The position numbers and the translations under genes were made by a program. A stretch of 51,770 nucleotides of DNA. Source: Folioceros fuciformis. Taxonomy: Eukaryota. Below, piece after piece: positions 46,630 to 51,770 of this stretch (within the stretch, counting starts at the first letter, position 1; each line of letters begins with the position of its first letter). Below the pieces are notes generated by a model that had not been told where the DNA came from, ran no database searches, and saw nothing but the letters and a program-made list of their open reading frames with translations. Location of the stretch: positions 1-51,770 of the forward strand of contig JBNGIO010002463.1 of assembly GCA_049999805.1 (NCBI GenBank). Reading direction: 5' to 3'.

Positions 46630-48279
46630 CCTGGCAGCGCTCCACGGCACACCTGGACAAGCTCACAACTGCTAAGGATAGAACACGGTAAGCAGAACGA
46701 CAATAGAACGAAGGGCACCTCAACTCACGCCCACCATGGCAGCCCTCCCATACCATGCACACACCACACCGCCGCAAGCAATAGCACACACGAGTAAGAC
46801 GCAAACATCCATAAACAGAGAGTGAAAAAGCACACGCACAAGACACCGAGCTACGCACCTTCCACAACCCTTGCGGCGCAGTCAAAAAGCACCTGAAAGT
46901 AGAGGCAGAGGCGGACGGAACTCGCGCACCTCCCACCACGCCGGCATGCACCTCCTCCACTCCCCGAGAGCTGAGCAGCGGTCGCGAGAGCCTGCCTGAC
47001 CTAAACCAAACGCGTGAGACACCACACGAGAACCGGGCAGGCAGGCAAAGCGAGCTTCAATCCAAGAGTTCCCACTAGCCGCCTCCTCCAGCCGCGGCGA
47101 AGTGAAGGCCGGGCTTCGCCTCCCCTCGCCTGGCTGAGCGGAGGCCCAGCCTATGTCGACGCCGGGGAGCAGCAACCACCTTCCCGGAGCGGGGGTACAG
47201 CAGGCCCTGGCACCGTCAGCCGCACAGCATGCAGGCGCGGGCGATCGAGAGGCTAGGAGGAGGGGACCCGACAAGGAGACGCCTGGGTGTCGCCGTGAGC
47301 GAATGTGGGAAGGCACATGCAGCCTCCTACACAGGCCAACGACATGCAGCAAAGCCCCACGGTCCGAGAAGAGGAAACAGAGCCGAAGACAGACAAGCGA
47401 GGCAGAGGAGACAGTGCAGCCGGGCAGAAGCGGAGAGAATGCACTTGCGCCCGGGCCCAGTCACCCGCAACCCTAATGAGATTTTGCCTCTGATGTCGAC
47501 TTTGTACACACACCCACCAACAAACAGACATCCACTTACCAATGGAGACCCCGTCTCATACATATATACCAGTAAGCTAAACATCAAAACCTCTCCGGTC
47601 TCGCTCTCACTTCCTCGGTCAGACTTTCCTTTCCATATCTCTATTTTGTTGTTGACTAGCTCGCCCCGACCGGACTCCCACCATTTATGTTTTTAGCCGA
47701 TTTATAATACTTTTGAAGCTCACGCGGTGTTAAACTCAAGAACAATGCCAACAAGTTTTCTTCAACCTCCTCATGTTTGTCCATAGTTTGTTCCTTCGGA
47801 GTGGATCTTTTTTCCATCTTGATACCAAGCTTACATACAAGAAAGCAAAGGAGTCCAAGAAGTCTATTAGCGTCTACTTAGACCCACTAAAGAAAGAAAA
47901 AAAATATCCAAAATTACAAAAAATAATTTAGAGGCTTATGTGGAGGAAGGAAGAACAAAAGAGATCCATTACAATCCATTTGCAGGAACAAGAAGAGGAA
48001 GACATGAAGGCTTACGTTACATGAAAAGATCTTTACCCTACTCCTTTTTACATCACAAAGCATTCAACTAACATGCAGCATATCACTTGTTAGCAGGACA
48101 ACACATGTATTATATTTTTCATATTTAAAGCCACATTATTAGCATTTAAATTACCAAGTGTGTTGTCCCATAACCATCTCCATGGTGGAGATGAACAAAC
48201 CCATGAATAAACATGTAGCTTTTAACACAAGGAATCATTGTACCCAAGTTCATTCTACAATTCTAGCGCACCTACCTAG

Positions 48280-49930
48280 AGCTGCATCTTGAAGTCATGC
48301 ACGCCTAATGTGGGTAATACCTTAAAGCCAAGTAGGCTTCTTGTGGTTCATCTTAAAGCCAAGTACACCTACTGTGGGTTCCATATGAAAGCCAAGTACA
48401 CTGGTTTTGAGATCCATGTGAAAGCCATGTGGGCCTTTTGTGGGTTCCATCTTAAGGGTGAGTACATCTACTCTAGGTTCCATCTTAATGTGGAGTACAC
48501 CTACTATGTGTTCCCTCTTAGAGTTTAGTACACCTACTCTAGGGTTCCATCTTAAAGTCGAGTACATCTATTCAAGGTACTATGGTTCTTTCTCAAAGTC
48601 GAGACAGCTATTGTGGCTTTCGTCTTACAGCCAAGTACACATGCTCTAGATTCTTTCTTGAAGTATGTACTACTGTAAGTTCTTTCTTCAAGGCAAGCAC
48701 AGCTATTGTAGCTTCCANNNNNNNNNNTACTGTAAGTTCTTTCTTCAAGGCAAGCACAGCTATTGTAGCTTCCATCTTAAAGCCAAGTACACCTACTCTA
48801 CATTCTTTCTTGAAGTATGTACTACTGTAAGTTCTTTCTTCAAGGCTTGCACAGTTATTGTGGGAAGGTTCCACATTAAAGCTTAGTACACCTACTTGGG
48901 TTCTTTCTTAAAGTCAAATATGCATTTGTGAGTTTCATTTGACAGCCAAGTACATCTACTCTAGGTTCTTTCTTTAAGTGAGGTCCGACTATGGGAGGTA
49001 CCATCTTAGAGTCAAAAAACATCTAGTCATGCTTCTTTCTTCATTAGTCAAGTACATCTACTATGCATCTCATCTTAAAGCTAAGTACACCTACTACAGG
49101 TTTCATCTTAAAGTGGTTGAGTACACCTATTCTAGGTTCTTTCTCGAAGTTGAGTACATCGATTATGGGTTCCATCTTAAAGCCAAGTACACCTAGTTAA
49201 GATTTTTTCTTGATCATTCAAGTACATCTATTGTCGCTTCCACCTTAAAGCCAAGTACACCTATACATTTTGGGTTCCATCTTCAAGTTGAGTACACCTA
49301 CTCTATGTTCTTTCCTAAACTTCGATACACCTAACGTCATTTCCATCTTAAAGCCGAGTACACCTACTACAGGTTTCATCTTAAAGTGGCTGAGTACACC
49401 TACTCTAGGCTCTTTTTTGAAGTCAAGTACATCGATTGTGGGTTCCATCTTAAAGCCAAGTACACCTAGTCAAGATTTTTTCTTGATCATTCAAGTGCAT
49501 TTATTGTCGCTTCCGCCTTAAAGCCAAGTATACCTATATATTCTGGGTTCCACCTTTAAAGTTGAGTACACATACTCTATGTTCTTTCCTGAAGTTCGGT
49601 ACACCTAACGTCATTTCCATCTTAAAGCCGAATACACCTGTCCTAGGTTCTAGCTCTAAAGTGCAATACACCTAACCCTACTTTCATCTTAAAGCCGAGT
49701 ACACCTGTTCTAGGTTCTAGCCCTAAAGTTCAATACACCTTCCCCTACTTTCATCTTAAAGCTGAGTACACATACTCCAAGTTTTAATCATGAAGTCCAT
49801 TACAAGTCCAATACACCTAACGTCAATTCCATCTTAAAGCCCAGTACACCTACTCTAGTCCCTTTCTTAAAGTCGAGTACATCTACCGTCGGTTGCATCT
49901 TCCAGCCAATACACCTACAACATGCTTCGT
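48280..49930. repeat. Degenerate ~33-bp satellite array containing an assembly gap
   Basis: Monomer approximates CCATCTTAAAGCCAAGTACACCTACTCTAGGTT. N run at 48718-48727. A 273-bp higher-order duplication spans 49071-49617. Confidence 0.9.
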
Positions 49931-50847
49931 CTTAAATTCACATGCACCAACTCTTTAAAAACTTGCATATTGTCGTTTGCACGTCACATTCATAAACAGA
50001 AGCTAGGTCCACATAAGTACTCTAACACCATATTTATAAGTAAGAAAGGTCAAGGAAGTGGAAAAGTTAGCATAGGTACTCTTGCTAACACCTAATTATC
50101 ATGATATTATAAAAGAGTATATACCAAGCCTTAATAGCCTTTTGTTTGGTCTTGAATTTCAAGCAATTGAGTTCACGTGTCCATAAAATTATTTTCAACT
50201 TCTTTCCACCTTTTTGTGGCTATTAGAATTCAAGATTGGTTCTAAAATACAAAAATAATTAATATTTTAATACTCTTTTGTATTATTTTTATATTTTATG
50301 TATTTATTTTTTAACCATGATATTTTGGGTTTAGGGTAAGGAGCATCCTATTGAATAGCAATTTGCTGATCCTTCCTAGCCCTATTATCTCACCCACTAT
50401 ACGAAAATGAGGCCTTTAATAACCAAAACTACACTACATTTTATTGTAAAATCATTGTATAATTGTATCATCTTATTGTAAAATTTCTCAATTCCACCAT
50501 TGTGAACTGAGAGCTTCATTATGTTGTAAAATTGCTCATTTGGCACTACATTAGTAAAGTGATGATATGAAGCCACATCACTACCACATCGTTAAGTAAT
50601 GACATGGTATGACGTGAACTTTGAGGATGATTATCTTATGAAGATGCAAACTTGGGTGATACTTCACAAGTGGAGAATATTGTTGTAGAGCCTCTTGTTA
50701 AATAGCAATTGGCTGATACTCTAGAGCCCTATTATCCCACCACCAAGCGTCATCCTCAAGATTAATAGGTCGAACCACACTAGCATTTCATTCATTTTCG
50801 GTTGTTTACAAGCTCATGTTTCTCAGTTTCATGTCTCTAAGGTTCAT

Positions 50848-51052
50848 CTTGATCCTCATAGCTATGAAGAAGTCATCAATGGACATGATGATCTTCACTA
50901 TTGGACATCCATTAGTAATGAGTACAATAATCTCATTATGAAAACTTAGAAGCTTTCATGGTAAAGGGTAGAAACTCATTAGTTGCAAGTGGGTGTTTAA
51001 AACCAAACTTAAAGCTAATTGTACTATTGCATGTCATAAATCTTGCCTAATT
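50848..51052 (+). mobile_element. Ty1/Copia reverse-transcriptase N-terminal remnant
   Basis: DPHSYEEV...YWTSISNEYNNLIMKT*KL/..KGRN/ISCKWVFKTKLKANCTIACHKSCLI resembles EPxSYxEA..W..AM..E..TW..GRK.IGCKWVFK.K..DG.I.RYKARLV. Confidence 0.75.
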
Positions 51053-51770
51053 TTGCCGGAGGTCGGAAGGTGGTTTTTTTGGGTGTACATAATTGTTGTC
51101 CAATTTGCACCAAAGGCAAAAGATGCATGAACTCCATGTTGAGATGTCACCCCCGCCATGCTCAAAGGAGGTTAAAACAAGTTAGTTGAAGCAAGATGCA
51201 GAATCCCAAAACTAAGAGCACTATAACAAGGCTCTTAAACTCAAATAAAAAAGGAGAATTACAAAAACAACACAATACAAGTGAAGAGGGAGTTAGACTG
51301 CCTATACTAAGTGGGTTCATCCCTTCTTTTATGGACCTATGGGTGGCACTCTCATTTCGTGCCCAATATGGGATAAATGACCCTACAATACTTCTTTTGC
51401 CCAACATAGCAAAGTCTAATAAGCTATATATATATATATATATATCATAACCTTAATCACTCTTACCACTAATTAGTACAAACTCAATAAGCTGGATTAG
51501 CACTAATTAATATCAACGTTAATCATGCTTAACACTCCACACGAGACCCCACCATTAATATGGCATCATTGGGTTACTACAAGTTTGGTCTAGCCCAAAG
51601 AGGGCGGATTGCTCGATGAGCACTGGATTCGCCGAAGGAAAGAGTCTTACATCCAAGCCTCCACCTCTTGCCAAACCTCTCGTGCAACTTGCATTGGAAA
51701 AACATATGTTGGCTTTTGTGAGAAGCCCCACTCTTGCACAACCTACATGTTTCCTCCCCTGCTCCTACTA

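Overview
Eukaryotic, gene-dense land-plant genomic DNA with short GT-AG introns. A WW-type PLS-PPR gene points to a hornwort-like non-seed plant (inference). The left half (1-27.5 kb) is an accessory zone. It holds four copies of a secreted poly-STIG1-like Cys-rich repeat gene (one full 720-aa gene, one running off the left edge, two decayed), a decayed PIF/Harbinger transposon, an RPA70-C-like remnant and a degraded CDC6 fragment. The most notable element is an 8.9-kb DNA transposon (9164-18111; 29-bp TIRs, CAAG TSD) with a Sola1/DUF7869-like DDE transposase. It also carries an intron-containing ParB-like + beta-class N6A/N4C DNA methyltransferase gene, a third unknown ORF, and arrays of a 22-36 bp GC-rich palindrome inside introns of its two main genes. 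The right half is ordinary housekeeping DNA: PPL1, PLS-E PPR, CDC6, an MBD protein, alkaline ceramidase, a DUF3054 protein and a poly(A) polymerase, followed by a ~33-bp satellite and a Copia RT remnant. All calls come from manual reading and no searches were run.
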